A stretch of DNA of 64,000 bases from Ginglymostoma cirratum. Lineage: Eukaryota. The stretch spans positions 11,992,581 through 12,056,580 of the forward strand of contig JAHRHZ010000024.1 in assembly GCA_024137785.1 (NCBI GenBank), in the 5' to 3' direction. Below are positions 39,970-52,449 of this stretch, in pieces. A program made the translations under genes and the position numbers. The number at the start of each line of letters is the position of its first letter. Positions within the stretch are counted from its first letter, which is position 1. Below the pieces are notes generated by a model. The model searched no databases. It was not told the origin of the DNA and worked only from the letters and a program-made list of their open reading frames with translations.

Positions 39970-40400
39970 TTTGAGGCCTGCCTTTTCAGCACCTTGCAGT
40001 ACAACTGTGAAGCGAGGACAAATTACAGTTATCATGAAAGGAAGCTCAACAACTCTCATCTTCACTGTTTGCAGTACATTCTGGGTAGAAAAGACAGATC
40101 ACAACTGTGGCTTTCCTCTTCAAGAGACAGCTCCCAAGTATGTTGGCATGAATCAAACAGAGGTGAATTCAATGCCTCAGGCATGTTTACAGTTATGAAA
40201 ACAACCGTATACCTGAGAGTTTTCTGTATGACGAGATAACTACAGCCAGATGCCTGAAGCTTCCCTGTAAGAATGTTTGAAAGTGTGAGATAAGGACCCA
40301 AAATATAGGATTTTTGTTCCTTGGAGACACCACTGGTGACAGAGGAAAGTAATAACAGCCTTGGGGGGAGATGGTCGGGAAAGCAGGGAGCCATGCACCA
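39970..40400 (+). mobile_element. RTE-clade LINE 3' fragment
   Basis: STLQYNCEARTNYSYHERKLNNSHLHCLQYILG resembles the RTE motif LLYG.E.W.....RKLN.FH.RCLR.ILG. Confidence 0.6.
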
Positions 40401-40629
40401 TAATGATGACTCTTCCTAGGAACTCTGAAAAAATTTTAGAGCAACATTTGCAGAATGCTTTAGACATAAAAGAAAATTAGGTTCATTCAGCCTGCAACTC
40501 TTAAAGATTTCTTAAAGCAACAACGGTTTTTCACTCACTTCCCATTTAAAACGACTGAGCACAGATTATTATAGCCCCGTGCCAATGTTATTTTGTAGGA
40601 ATGATGTGAAAGCCAAATTAGGTGATTGG

Positions 40630-40770
40630 AGACACCAAAGAAGTGTCACATTTGACTCCAAATGTTAACTTTACTTCTCTCCTCACAGATAATGCCTGAC
40701 ATGCTGGATTTCATCCATGTTTTCTGTTTTTTTTTAATTTCAGATTTCCAACAGACGCAACATTTTGTTT
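40630..40770 (+). mobile_element. Old PLE-tail relic
   Basis: gactccaaatgttaact..ctcacagat..gcctgacatgctg..ttcagatttcca. Confidence 0.5.
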
Positions 40771-40924
40771 TTATTTTACCAAAGACAACAACCTACAATG
40801 ACACCTAATAATCACTCCATGAGTGGCATGTGTGGGAGACCCTAGGTCTCATGGCCCCATCTTTGGCCGTCAATGAAATTACACAATATGAAGTTGCCTC
40901 ATCCCAAATGGATTTGAATCAGAA

Positions 40925-41165
40925 AATATCTGGCATTTGAATTCAACGAAAATTGGAATTAAGAGTTTAAAGATGACTATGAAGTGATTGTTGATTGTTG
41001 TTAAAAAAAACCCACCTGGTTCGCAAATGTCCTTTAGGGAAGCAAAGTACCATCCTTGCATGTTCTGGCCAGCATGTGACTCCGGACCCACAGCGATGTG
41101 GTTGATTCTCAATTGCCATCTGGGCAATTAGGGATGGGCAGTGAATGCTGGCCTAGCCAGAAATA
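40925..41165 (+). mobile_element. SINE with L2-like tail (5'-truncated), same family as 62627
   Basis: ggaattaagag..cacctggttcgcaaatgtcctttagggaag..gtgactccggacccacagcgatgtggttg..gggcaattagggatgggca. Confidence 0.8.
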
Positions 41166-41255
41166 TATAAATTCTTTGAGCAAATTTTTGAAAAAACAAA
41201 CATTTTTACACAGATGAAAGGATGTTGTCACAGGCAATGATTTATAGCCGTGAAC

Positions 41256-41432
41256 AGAAATCAATGTTAATGTTTTGGGTCCAGTGATCCTTCTTCGGAA
41301 CCATTCTGAAGAAGGGTCAGTGGACCCGAAACATTAACGCTGATTTCTCTCCACAGATTGCTGCCAAACCTGCTGAGCTTTTCCAGCAGTTTCTGTCTTT
41401 GTTTCAGATTTCTAGCATCCTTAGTTCTTCAG
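41256..41432. mobile_element. PLE family B tail preceded by an inverted copy of its hammerhead segment
   Basis: 41256-41300 is the imperfect reverse complement of 41304-41348. Confidence 0.8.
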
Positions 41433-42189
41433 TTTCTCTTGTCTAATGATCCATATCAAACTAGTCCTACTTTAAACTATTGCCTCCTGTTCATAAAAAG
41501 CAAATCCTGTAAAAGTTACCAAACAATCACCTAACTCTTTACCTAATTATGTCATTGGCGTTCCCTCACAGACGAGGATGACTCTCTTCCACGTTCAGAG
41601 TGGGTCCAAAGGTGGTTGTACAATCTGAAAGGAAACATAAATACGTATGGTTGAAATGGGCTTCTGCTGTTTTTCACTGTGAATATATAATGTTCTTCTA
41701 TTCCTTTCTCTCTTATGGGCTTACTTAGCTTCTCATTTGATGCATCTATACTATTTATTTCACCTTGTGGCAGTGCATTTTACCTTATTGCCAATCTTAT
41801 ATAAACATTTTTCTTGAATCCTTATTCAATCAATTAATGATTATCTTGATTTTCCCTTGCCTACTCTGTAAAAGTTTGTCTTGATTTTCCTGTGCCTACT
41901 CTATCCAAAGTCCTCTATTTGGTCATCTCAAACCTTCTTTCTTCTAGCAATACAAACTGTCAGTCTGTTCGCTCTTCCTTGATAAGTATATTCTTCCACT
42001 CTGGAATAACTGTCCTCACCTTTGTTCCACTTGTCTCTGTATTTAACAGATCATGCTCTGTCATTCCTGTCACATCCAGCATGATGCCACCAAATACATA
42101 TCCCCCTCACTTTCAGCACCTGATGGGATTGTTCTCTCTGCCGCATCTTCATTCACACCCCAGTAACCTGGCACATGTCCTCTGATCTC

Positions 42190-42900
42190 ACATGTACAGA
42201 GGGATCTTGGGGTTCAAATCCATAGCTGTCTGAAAGTGGCCACTCAAGTGGATAGGTTGTAAAGAAGGGGTGTGGCATGCTTGCCTTTATCCGTCGGACA
42301 ACTGAGTCCAAGAGTCAGGATGTCATGTTGCAGCTTTATAAGACTTTGGTTAGACCACACTTAGAGAATTGTGTTCAATTCTGGTCACCACATTACTTGA
42401 AGGATGTGGAGACTTTGGAGAGGGTACGGATGAGGTTTACCAGGATGCTGCCTGGATTAGAGGGCGTGAGCTATATGAAGAGGCTAGAAAAACTCAAGTT
42501 GTTTATTCTGGAACGGTGGAGACTGGGAGAGACTTAATACAAGTCTATAAAAATATGAAATGCATAGGTAGGGTTGACGGTCAGAATCTTTTTCCCAGAG
42601 TTGAAATGTCTAATGCCAGGGAGCATGCATTTATAGTGAGAGGTGGAAAGTTCAAAGGAGATATGAGGGGGCACGTTTTTTACACACAGAGTGGTAGTAA
42701 CATGCTGACAGGGCTGGTAGTAGAGGCAAAAACAATAGGGATGTTTAATGGAATTTTAGATAAACACATGAATATACAACGACAGGAGGGGTTATGGACC
42801 AAGGGCAGGCAGAATGTATTAGTTTAATTTGGCGTCATGTTCAGCACAACATTGTGGGCTGAAGGGCCTGTTCTTGTGCTGTATAGTTCAATGTTCTATC
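42190..42900 (+). mobile_element. CR1 LINE 3' end
   Basis: MLQLYKTLVRPHLENCVQFWSPHYLKDVETLERV..FTRMLPGL; tail gggctgaagggcctgttcttgtgctgta. Confidence 0.92.
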
Positions 42901-43539
42901 TTCTTTCAGTGCAAGGACAGGAGATGCAACGCCTGATTTTTTTTTCTACCTCTTCACTTTTCACCTTCCAGGCAAACATACGTTCCAGGTGGTCCATTGA
43001 CTTATCAATACGTTTTTAAATTTAGAATACCACATTCACTACTAACATTTGACATTAATTTTGGAATGTTCATAGCAAATTACCTCCAATATCTCAAAGT
43101 GTTGGTAAGGCATCTTACACATGGAATGAGTCCTCCAAAAGAACCCTCAAATTGAAATCAAATAATTAATATTAAAGTGAAGCTCTGAGAGGCATCAAAG
43201 GGAATTATCCAAAAGAAGCTCTCAAAGATATCAAATGTAATCAACAACTCACACATTGAAAAAGAATGAAAATATAAATTATTGTCTGTGGAATTAGAAT
43301 TTATTACTCTTTTCATTTCATGCAAAAAAATCTTTCCATTCTACAGGCCATACAATCTCTAAGTATATAAAACCACAAAAACTATTTAAAAATATGAAGA
43401 CTATAAAACAACATAATCTATATATAAAAACAATAAACTATGAAAAAATCTGATATCCCCTAAAATGATGAAGATTACAAAAATAACATTAACTGAAAAA
43501 ATCTCAACCCAGATCCGAATCAGTTTTTAATGAGCTGAT

Positions 43540-44640
43540 ATACTCCAATTATATGTCCACAATCATATTGCATCCTGGGTAGCCAGATAATTGTTGTGCA
43601 GCAGATGTTAATGAGATGATTGATCTCCAGCTTATTTATTATTGGCACTTTATACCTTTCTCACGGGCCTGCAATTACAGCATATGTTTATTTGGTCAAT
43701 TCACCTGTTTAACATCCTTCTTCTCCTATGACAGTTCAACCATCTCCTACTCCTGCATTGCCTCGGACTTCTCCTGCTCCTGTGTGACTTTGACCTCCTC
43801 CTGCTCCTTTACTGCTGTGAACTCTTCTTGCTCCTGCCCCACTTCTCGCTTCTTTCTGCTCATCTGCTTCCTTGATAATCCTTCTCCTCCGTCCTCTCCA
43901 ATGCCACTTTCACCTCTTCTACTGCTACCACTTCAATCTGCCCATCCTCTTCTTTGACGTCCTGTTCCTACCCCTCTGCCATTTCAGCCACCTGTTCTAC
44001 ACTGAACTCCTCCTCGGTCACCTGTACCTCCTTCTCACTCACTGCAACCTCCTCTTCCTTTTGCTCTTTCCCTACCTCAGCATCTTCCTCTTTCTCCTGA
44101 TTCAAACCTTGTTTCTCAATCTTGACCTGCTCCTGCTCCCTCCACTGCATCTCCACCTCAGCTGCTGACTATGTCACTGTTGCTATCTTTCTTCAAGCAA
44201 AGGTCACCATGTCAGGAGATAAAATTAGGGACATCTCTTTGAAATAGGAAGGGCAGGTGTAGAGACTCTGAATTTCTCTCTCTCTCTTGCCACCCGTCTC
44301 CCAGATTTTCCTGATCCCCACTCTCAATCTCCCTGCAATTACTGTAAAAATAACCTACGCGATGATGTCCGAAAATTTCCATCAGTTGCACATTAGCCCG
44401 ATTCCTTTTACATGCATTCCACATTAGTCCAAGTGATTTTCTCTGCACAAAAATTCTCCACAGCGCCAGGTGAAAGCCACTTTTTGCTTCAGTTTAAACT
44501 TTGCCTCTGAGCTTCAAACCTCAGATATTACTTCTGCTTTACCCCCTGCCCCCTCCACCCAGGCCCAGAATGCATCAGGAATCAGAAGTTGCAGGAACTT
44601 CTGCATGGAGATCTGAGGGTGGTGAAGAGTTCTCCAGTTT
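43540..44640 (-). mobile_element. Decayed Harbinger-like fragment with an acidic low-complexity coding repeat
   Basis: Minus 43710-44160 encodes E/Q/V-rich repeats; 43540-43710 loosely resembles the Harbinger nuclease ID.TH...NRKG.HS.N...YPGS.HD region. Confidence 0.35.
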
Positions 44641-44689
44641 CTAACAGTTCCCATTCTGATCTTTCAGTCATTGACAATACAGTTCAAGT

Positions 44690-45187
44690 GACAGCATCTC
44701 ATCTTTCAAATTGGCACACCACAGGTTTCTGGACTAAACATTGAGTTCAACAATTTTAGATTACATCCTTGACCTCCATTTGTTTCATGTTTACTGTTGC
44801 TCGTTTGTTTATTTTCCTCATTTCTTTCCTTATTCTTTCACTCTGCAAATAGGCAGCTAGCATGGAGCCATCCATATCTCATCTTGACACATGTTACGTT
44901 TAGTCACGTTTCCCATCACCATTCGCTTTGACCTTTATATCATGAATTCTTTTGTTATTGAATCATTCTTGCCATCCCCCTTATTACACATCTTCCTCTT
45001 TGTTCTTCATTCCAGCCCTCCCTTTTCACGTGTTTAAAATCTATTATGTTTCTAATTTTCCTCAGTGCTGATAAAAGATCAACAGCCTGAAATGTTGTCT
45101 TTTCCTATTCACAGATGTTCCCTCAAGTGTTGACTGTTTCAGCATTTTTGTTTCAGATTTCTACCGTCTGCAGTAATTCGCTTTTCT
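44690..45187 (+). mobile_element. Old PLE 3' fragment
   Basis: QHLIFQIGTPQVSGLNIEFNNFR, then a pyrimidine tail and a degenerate hammerhead at about 45068. Confidence 0.75.
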
Positions 45188-45596
45188 GTAATTTCCTCCT
45201 CTATGCTTCTTACCTCAAATAAGTGAGGAAGTGATCATGACAATTTTACGAATCAGTGGACAATTCTTGAATCAAGGACTTTCAACAACTTGTGCTGGAA
45301 ACCATCAAAAGATTTGTCTATATTTATTCTCATTATTTTCGCTGCAATATTTTTGTGACTTAAATCTGCTGAGTTTTAACTCTTGATTATTTCTAAATTA
45401 CCTCACACATCTGGTATGTTAACTTCATCTCAACCATGAAGACTGATGCAAAATAAATACTTAACAGGTCTGTTGGTTCCTGATTTGCTTCCTCTAGTTG
45501 AGCATAGCATATTGATTGCTTACAATGTGATCTCCTGTAAAGAGATAAAATGAAGGTCATGTAACAGGTGTGCCTAACTTTTTCATTCAATAAATC

Positions 45597-45637
45597 ATTT
45601 CTGAAGAAGGGTCCCGACCTGAAACGTCAATTTTCCT
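45597..45637 (+). ncRNA. Isolated hammerhead-core insertion (about 40 bp)
   Basis: CTGAAGA-A-GGGTC-cc-GACCT-GAAA-CGTC at 45601-45628 with almost no other PLE sequence; stem I is weak. Confidence 0.55.
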
Positions 45638-46733
45638 TTAACAAATCCTTTATGTCTCATTAATATGGGTCATCTCAATGTGAACTTGCATTTGTCCCTA
45701 ACATGAATTTGCAATTAAGGATTACATAAATATATTTGAAATCAACTTACACAGCCTGTGAAATTTATGAGAAAAATACAGTCAGAGATCCATTTGTAAA
45801 TCCATCCTCCATGATGAGCCACAATCTATTGGCTTCATAGATATCCCTCTGCTAACATTAATTATGTGAGTCACTGTTGCTGTTCATTCAGCTTCCAGAT
45901 GTAGCAATACTAATGTTCTCCCTCATAACATAATGATCTAATGTGTTATTGAATGATACAATAAATTATTATTAAAGCTTGTTGATATATAGAAAAATTA
46001 CTTTCACTGACACAGAAGTACCTGAACTAGCATTGAGACATTTGGCTCTAAGGACGAGGATATGTTCAATGGCAAGTCGTGCTTTAAGAGATTTCAAGTA
46101 AGACGGCATCTGAAACCTTGATATCCTCAGGTCATTTCTATAACATAGTGATGAAAATCAGGAGCCTGTCTCTTACAGGTAAACTGTCATGTTAACTATA
46201 AGACATAATACAACATGCTCCTTTTTTCAAAGGCAAAATATTATTTCAAACAAATTTACGTGGTTGTACATGGACATGTGCTGTCAGTTTGATCATTATA
46301 CAAATGGATAAACAGGGTTTCAAAGCCAACATATCAAATCTGTGTCTTTAAATAGTTTTCCAGTTGATTGCGGTCCATTTACGTCCTGGCATAACCCTTT
46401 TGGAATTACGACATTTTTGCCCTTGACGATGATTTGTCATGATATAACAAGTTAGCCTCTTTGTGGCGAAGATGAAAAATCTTCTTGGGTACTCTTTAAG
46501 ATTGTCAGACGTAGATAATGATTCTTTACAACTCTTGTGGTTGGTCATCTTTGGCAGCTGTTCACATTGACTCTGGCCTAATATCTTCAACTTCATCGTT
46601 TAGCACATGAATGTGTAGATCAAGTGGACTATCTTGAACAAGGAACAATACAATATAGCAACAGGTCCTGCGGCCCTCCAAGCGTGTACTGACATATTTT
46701 GCCATTCCATACTTAAACTGTCTTCATTTAGGG

Positions 46734-47476
46734 GAGATAAAAGGTACTGCAGATGCTGAAGAATCCGAGATAACAAGGTGTGGGGCTGGATGAACACATC
46801 AGGCCAAGCAGCATCGTGGGAGCAGGAAAGCTTGACGTTTTGGGCCTAGACCCTTCATCAGAAATGGGGGAGGGGAAGAAGGTTCTGAAATAAATAGGGA
46901 GAGAGGGGGAGGCGGATAGAAGATGGATAGAGGAGAGGATAGGTGGAGAGGAGGCAGACAAATCAAAGAGGCAGGGATGGAGCCAGTAAAGGTGAGTGTA
47001 GGTGGGGGGGTAGAGAGGAGATAGGTCAGTCCAGGGAGGACGGACAGGTCAAGGGGGCGGGATGAGGTTAGTAGATAGGAGATGGGGGTGGGGCTTGAGG
47101 TGGGAGGAGGGGATAGGTGAGAGGAAGGACAGGTTAGGGAGGTGGAGATGAGCTGGGCTGGTTTTGGGATGCAGTTGTGGGAGGGGAGATTTTGAAGCTT
47201 GTGAAATCCACATTGATACCATTGGGCTGCAGGGTTCCCAGGCTGAATATGATTTGCTGTTCCTGCAGCCTTCGGCTGGCATCACTGTGGCATTGCAGGA
47301 GGCCCAGGATGGACATGTCGTCTGAGGAATGGGAGGGGGAGCTGAAATGGTTCGTGACTGGGAGGTGCAGTTATTTGTTGCGAACTGAGCGCAGGTGTTC
47401 TGCAAAGCGGTCCCCAAGCCTCCGCTTGGTTTCCCCGATGTAGAGGAAGCCACAACGGGTACAGCGGATGTAGTAT
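46734..47476 (-). mobile_element. PLE family A, short copy
   Basis: IRCTRCGFLYIGETKRRLGDRFAEHLRSV; near-identical to the 14238 and 50733 copies; hammerhead-like motif at 46834-46861. Confidence 0.92.
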
Positions 47477-47892
47477 ATATGCTGCTTCTTGATATAACCT
47501 TTGAAAGACAATCTCACAGCATACAACAGCTCAAAATAATTCCATGCTTGGCAGAAATACAGTGACATTATGCAAGTCCATCAAGGCTTCTAGCCATCTT
47601 TCTCTGGTAAATATGAATAGTTCAGCAGTAGTGCAAATATTAGTGTAGAAAAATCTCAGTATAGTCACAATTCATGAGATTCAAATCACACTCACTGTGA
47701 TGGAACAGACTACACATGACAACTGAAAGCCAGTCAACAATCTACAAAGATATGATATTGAAGTGAGATATGAGCCAGATACACAATCTACTGAGACCAA
47801 GGGGACACAAGTTCAAGGTGCGAGGGGGGAGAAGTTTAAAAGAAATGTGTGAGGCAAGTTTTTCATATAAAGGGCAGTGACTGCCTGGAACG

Positions 47893-48292
47893 NNNNNNNN
47901 NNNNNNNNNNNNNNNNNNNNNNNNNNNNNNNNNNNNNNNNNNNNNNNNNNNNNNNNNNNNNNNNNNNNNNNNNNNNNNNNNNNNNNNNNNNNNNNNNNNN
48001 NNNNNNNNNNNNNNNNNNNNNNNNNNNNNNNNNNNNNNNNNNNNNNNNNNNNNNNNNNNNNNNNNNNNNNNNNNNNNNNNNNNNNNNNNNNNNNNNNNNN
48101 NNNNNNNNNNNNNNNNNNNNNNNNNNNNNNNNNNNNNNNNNNNNNNNNNNNNNNNNNNNNNNNNNNNNNNNNNNNNNNNNNNNNNNNNNNNNNNNNNNNN
48201 NNNNNNNNNNNNNNNNNNNNNNNNNNNNNNNNNNNNNNNNNNNNNNNNNNNNNNNNNNNNNNNNNNNNNNNNNNNNNNNNNNNNNNNNNNNN
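47893..48292. other. Assembly gap (400 N)
   Basis: Run of N. Confidence 1.
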
Positions 48293-50063
48293 AGGCCCAT
48301 CCTTTGTAACATGGAAACAGACCCTTAGGCCCAAATCATATAATGAGGTACATGAGCTTTAGGATATGCTCTGGTAATATTGTAGCACAAGCTCCCATGT
48401 CAATTCTAGCTTTAATCGTGTGTTATCCTGAACTTTCAGAAAGATATGATGTTGTAGATTGTAAAAGCTTCTGGATGCCTTACGCCATCAACATACTTGT
48501 GAAGTTAACAATACGGAATGTTTGAAGGACTTTTGAGAGTAATCTTTTGCTTGGTCGACTCTGGAGCTCATTGATGTCTTAACACTTACCTTGTTGCCAG
48601 TGTTGCAGTAATATATTACCTTTTGTAAGTGTTGTTCTAGGATGTAACTTGGCCTTTGGAATGAGATTTCCTGCACATTTGTATTCCATATCCCTTGCTG
48701 CCAATTTTTTTACAGAAATAAAGAAAAGCTGGACAACCTTTGAGTGGGTGTTAAGACTCTCTGACAGCTCATCTTTGGAAAAATCACACTCATGTCATTT
48801 GCTGTCACATAATCTGACAAACTGTTCAATAGAATCATGTGGTTGCTGTCTGTACAATATAAATTGGAGTTGGTTAATCCTGAAGCTCTTTTTGCCTTGA
48901 ACTGGTTTTCAAATACCTTGCAGATATTTCCCACATCATTATGATCATCCATGGACCCTCAATGTGTTAATTCAAAGCAGTCTAATCTTACCAAAGGCAA
49001 ACAAGATACTCAAAGCAATCTTCTCAGGACTATCTTTCACTTGATCTCTAAAGTAGACCTGCTGATACATTTGCACAGTTGTAACTCTGTCAATGCCTCA
49101 TTAGATGCTCAGTTCATACTTAAGTGTTTGCCATCCATTTCTCTTTGGAAGTTTTTTTTTGTTGGCAGTGTTTATTTTACTGGCTTTCCTCTGCCTCCTT
49201 TCATTTTGCACTTTACCACAGATTTTCCCCCATTTTCTCTTTTGCTACTCTTTTGCTGTTCTTAGTCTTTTTGAGAATGTTATTTTAAGAACTTCTGGCT
49301 TATAGTTTTAAAATTGCAGGCTGGTCGATGGAGATTTCTTCCTCTAGATAGCATTCATAGAAAATAAGGAGTGATTACATCACATAGTCTTTTTTTATTG
49401 CTGCCAATTTGAAGGCCAAAAAAGCAAAATCAACAGATATCTGGATAGTGGTAAGCTTTTTAAAATAGCATTTTAGCATTTTTAGCATTTTTCCAGCTGA
49501 ATTGCCTTTTGCAAAAAATTTACAGATACACTGCCAATGAAAATTAGGAACATTTCTTCCTTAAGAATAATGTCTTAGCTGATGTTGTTTTGATAGGGCT
49601 TATTATTTTTGTTAGTTTCAGGAATTAAATGAAATACACTTTCAAGTGTCTAATATATTTGTCAGCTCAAAAGTTGGCTGCAGCTGTTTATTTCATCTTA
49701 TAACAAAGGCAATCTTAGAACCTCCTTTTAACTTCGATTTTGGTCAAAAAGTTAGTTAGTTCTTCTAGTTGACAATTCGCTGTTGACCTACCTCTGTCTG
49801 TATTCATAGAAGGTGATGTTGCTAATTGTCACAATTCTTTGACATCTACAACTATTGTGCAGCAAGTATTCAAGTAATCTTTCAAAAGTAATATAGGAAA
49901 ATCAGAAATTGTCGATTTTGAACAGGAGAACAAAAGAACAGTGTGTTATTTAAATGGAGAAGAACTCTAGAATGCTGCAACACAAAGGAACTTGGAAATA
50001 TTTATGCATGAAACTCAGAAAGCTAGCACACACGTAATCAGGAAATTTAATGGAATTATTGCC

Positions 50064-50330
50064 ATGGAATCAGGCCATTTGGCACATCAAGTCCACACTA
50101 ACACTCCAAAGACCACCTTACCTCTTACCCTGTCTTTCTGCATTCCCCACAGCCAATTGACCTAACCTGCACACCTTTGATCTGGGGATGAAAGCTGGAG
50201 CACCCAGAAGAAACCCATGCAGTCATGGGGAGGATGTGTAAACTCTACAAAGTCACCTGAGGGTAGAATTGAACCCACATCCCTGCTGTTGCAAATCAGC
50301 AGTGCTGACCACTGGGTCACTGTACCACCT
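50064..50330 (-). mobile_element. V-SINE (HE1-like)
   Basis: Reverse complement of the 10845-type SINE (cctaacctgcacac..ggagcacccagaagaaacccatgcag..gaattgaaccc..cagtgctgaccactg). Confidence 0.8.
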
Positions 50331-50732
50331 ACTAGCATTCAGCTCAAGCGGATTAAAGTATAAAAGTAGGAATGTCTTACTTCAACTGTATAAGATGCTA
50401 GTGAGACCAAATCTGGGGTACTATGATCAGTTTTTGTCCCTTATTTTAGGAAAAACATAACTTCATTGGAGGCAAATGAGAAAATGTTCCATCAGCTGAT
50501 TCCCTGTATGGAGAGATTGTTTTATGAGCTAAACAGGTGAGGACACTACTCATTGGAGTTCAGAAGAATGAAAAGGTGATCTTATTGAAACTTATGGGAT
50601 TCCTAAGAGACTTGAGAGCGCAAACACCAAAAGGATCTATGCCTTCATGGAAGAGTCTACAACCAGGTGGTACAGTCTCAAAATAAAGGGAACCCAATTT
50701 AAGACTGAGATGAGAAGGAAGTTCTTCGCCGA

Positions 50733-51490
50733 GAGATAAAAGGTACTGCAGATGCTGGAGAATCCAAGATAACAAGCATGGGGCTGGATGAACACAGCAG
50801 GTCAAGCAGCATCATAGGAGCAGGAAAACTCGACTTTTCGGGCCTAAACCCTTCATCAGAAATGGGGGAGGGGAAGAGGGTTCTGAAATAAATAGGGAGA
50901 GAGGGGGAGGCGGATAGAAGATGGATAGAGGAGAGGATAGGTGGAGAGGAGGCAGACAAGTCGAAGAGGCGGGGATGGAGCCAGTAAAGGTGAGGGTAGG
51001 TAGGGGGATAGGGAGGAGATAGGTCAGTCCAGGGAGGACGGACAGGTCAAGGGGGCGGGATGATGTTAGTAGATAGGAGATGGGGGTGTGGCTTGGGGTG
51101 AGAGGAAAAACCGGTTAGGGAGGTGGAGATGAGCTGGGCTGGTTTTGGGATGCGGTTGGGGGAGGGGAGATTTTGAAGCTTGTGAAATCCACATTGATGC
51201 CATTGGGCTGCAGGGTTCCCAGGCTGAATATGATTTGCTGTTCCTGCAGCCTTCGGGTGGCATCACTGTGGCATTGTAGGAGGCCAAGGATGGACATGTC
51301 ATCTGAGGAATGGGAGGGGGAGTTGAAATGGTTCGCGACTGGGAGGTGCAGTTGTTTGTTGCGAACTGAGCGCAGGTGTTCTGCAAAGCGGTCCCCAAGC
51401 CTCCGCTTGGTTTCCCCGATGTAGAGGAAGCCACAACGGGTACAGCGGATGCAGTATACCACATTGGCAGATGTGCAGGTGAACCTCTGC
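50733..51490 (-). mobile_element. PLE family A, short copy with an open GIY-YIG frame
   Basis: ORF 51115..51522; hammerhead-like CTGATGA..GAAAAGTC at 50832-50859. Confidence 0.92.
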
Positions 51491-52449
51491 CTGAGTTGTA
51501 ATTCTTTAGAACACTTTGCCATAGAGATCTGTGGGGTCAGAGTCCTTTTGTATATTTAAGGCTGAAATAGAAAAATTCTTGATCAGTAAGGGAATCAAGA
51601 GTTATGGGGAAAATGCAGAAAAGTGGGCGTGGAGAATTTTGGTGTGGTAGTGCAATATCATGACATTGAAGGATCTAACGAACATCTATTCGGCTCTCAT
51701 ATGTGCACAAATATTGCATTCACTGACACGGAGATGTCTGATGTATTGTTAAGCTTTCAATAAAGTGTCATATTTCAAATGTTTTCAGCTAAGGTGGCAT
51801 TTGAGACCTTTCTACCCTCAAGTCACGTGCTGTGACATAGTGATGATGTCAAAAGTGTATCTCTTAAAAGTTTATTGACATATTGTGTCTCTTAAAGTTG
51901 TACTAACATGCTGACTGTGAAACATAAACACAACAGCTGTCATTCCTCCATCTGTTGGGGTGCACCTGCCAAGTGAAGCTGAGATTTAGATCTGCTTCTA
52001 TTAGTTTAGTCTGTTGTATTTATTTTTCACAATAGTGTCTCTTCTACATTGGCGAGACTAAATGAAGATTTAATGACCATTTGCAGAACACCTCCATTCA
52101 CTTTGTAATCATGACCCCAAGCTTGGAATGGCTTGATATTTTAATTCTCCACCTTGTTCTTGCGTTGACATGTCTGAATTTGGACTACTCAATTTAAACT
52201 TGAAGAACTGCACAGGACCTTTAAATTAGGCATTTTGCACACTACCATACACAAAACTGGATTTGACCATAGTAGACCGTAAACTCAAAGGCCCCATTTT
52301 GTTTCCTTTCCTTTGCATATTTCTGCATTTTTCATTGCAAAAATGCACTTTATTCTTAAAACTTTATTCTTCTAGTTGGCAATGCACTATCTACTTACAT
52401 CTGTGGTTGGATGTACTTAACAGAAGCTGATACTGCTGGTTGTCTCAAT

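Larger units (their letters stand above)
49915..51700 (+). mobile_element. CR1 LINE 3' end interrupted by a SINE and a PLE
   Basis: GLKYKSRNVLLQLYKMLVRPNLGY; resumes after 51490 with aaggctgaaatagaaaaattcttgatcagtaagggaatcaag. Confidence 0.8.
46003..51935 (-). mobile_element. Ancient Ty3/Gypsy LTR retrotransposon with both LTRs (about 46003-46215 and 51719-51935) and nested PLE, CR1 and SINE insertions
   Basis: Diverged direct repeats that both start TGTTGT on minus; polypurine tract gaaaaaaggagca before the left LTR; decayed gag (WGKICGK), RT (QRKM..LDGL) and IIVKGKNVVIPKGL motifs in Gypsy order. Confidence 0.6.

Noticed and set aside
47813-48362. Four long ORFs
   Set aside because: Artefacts of translating through the N gap
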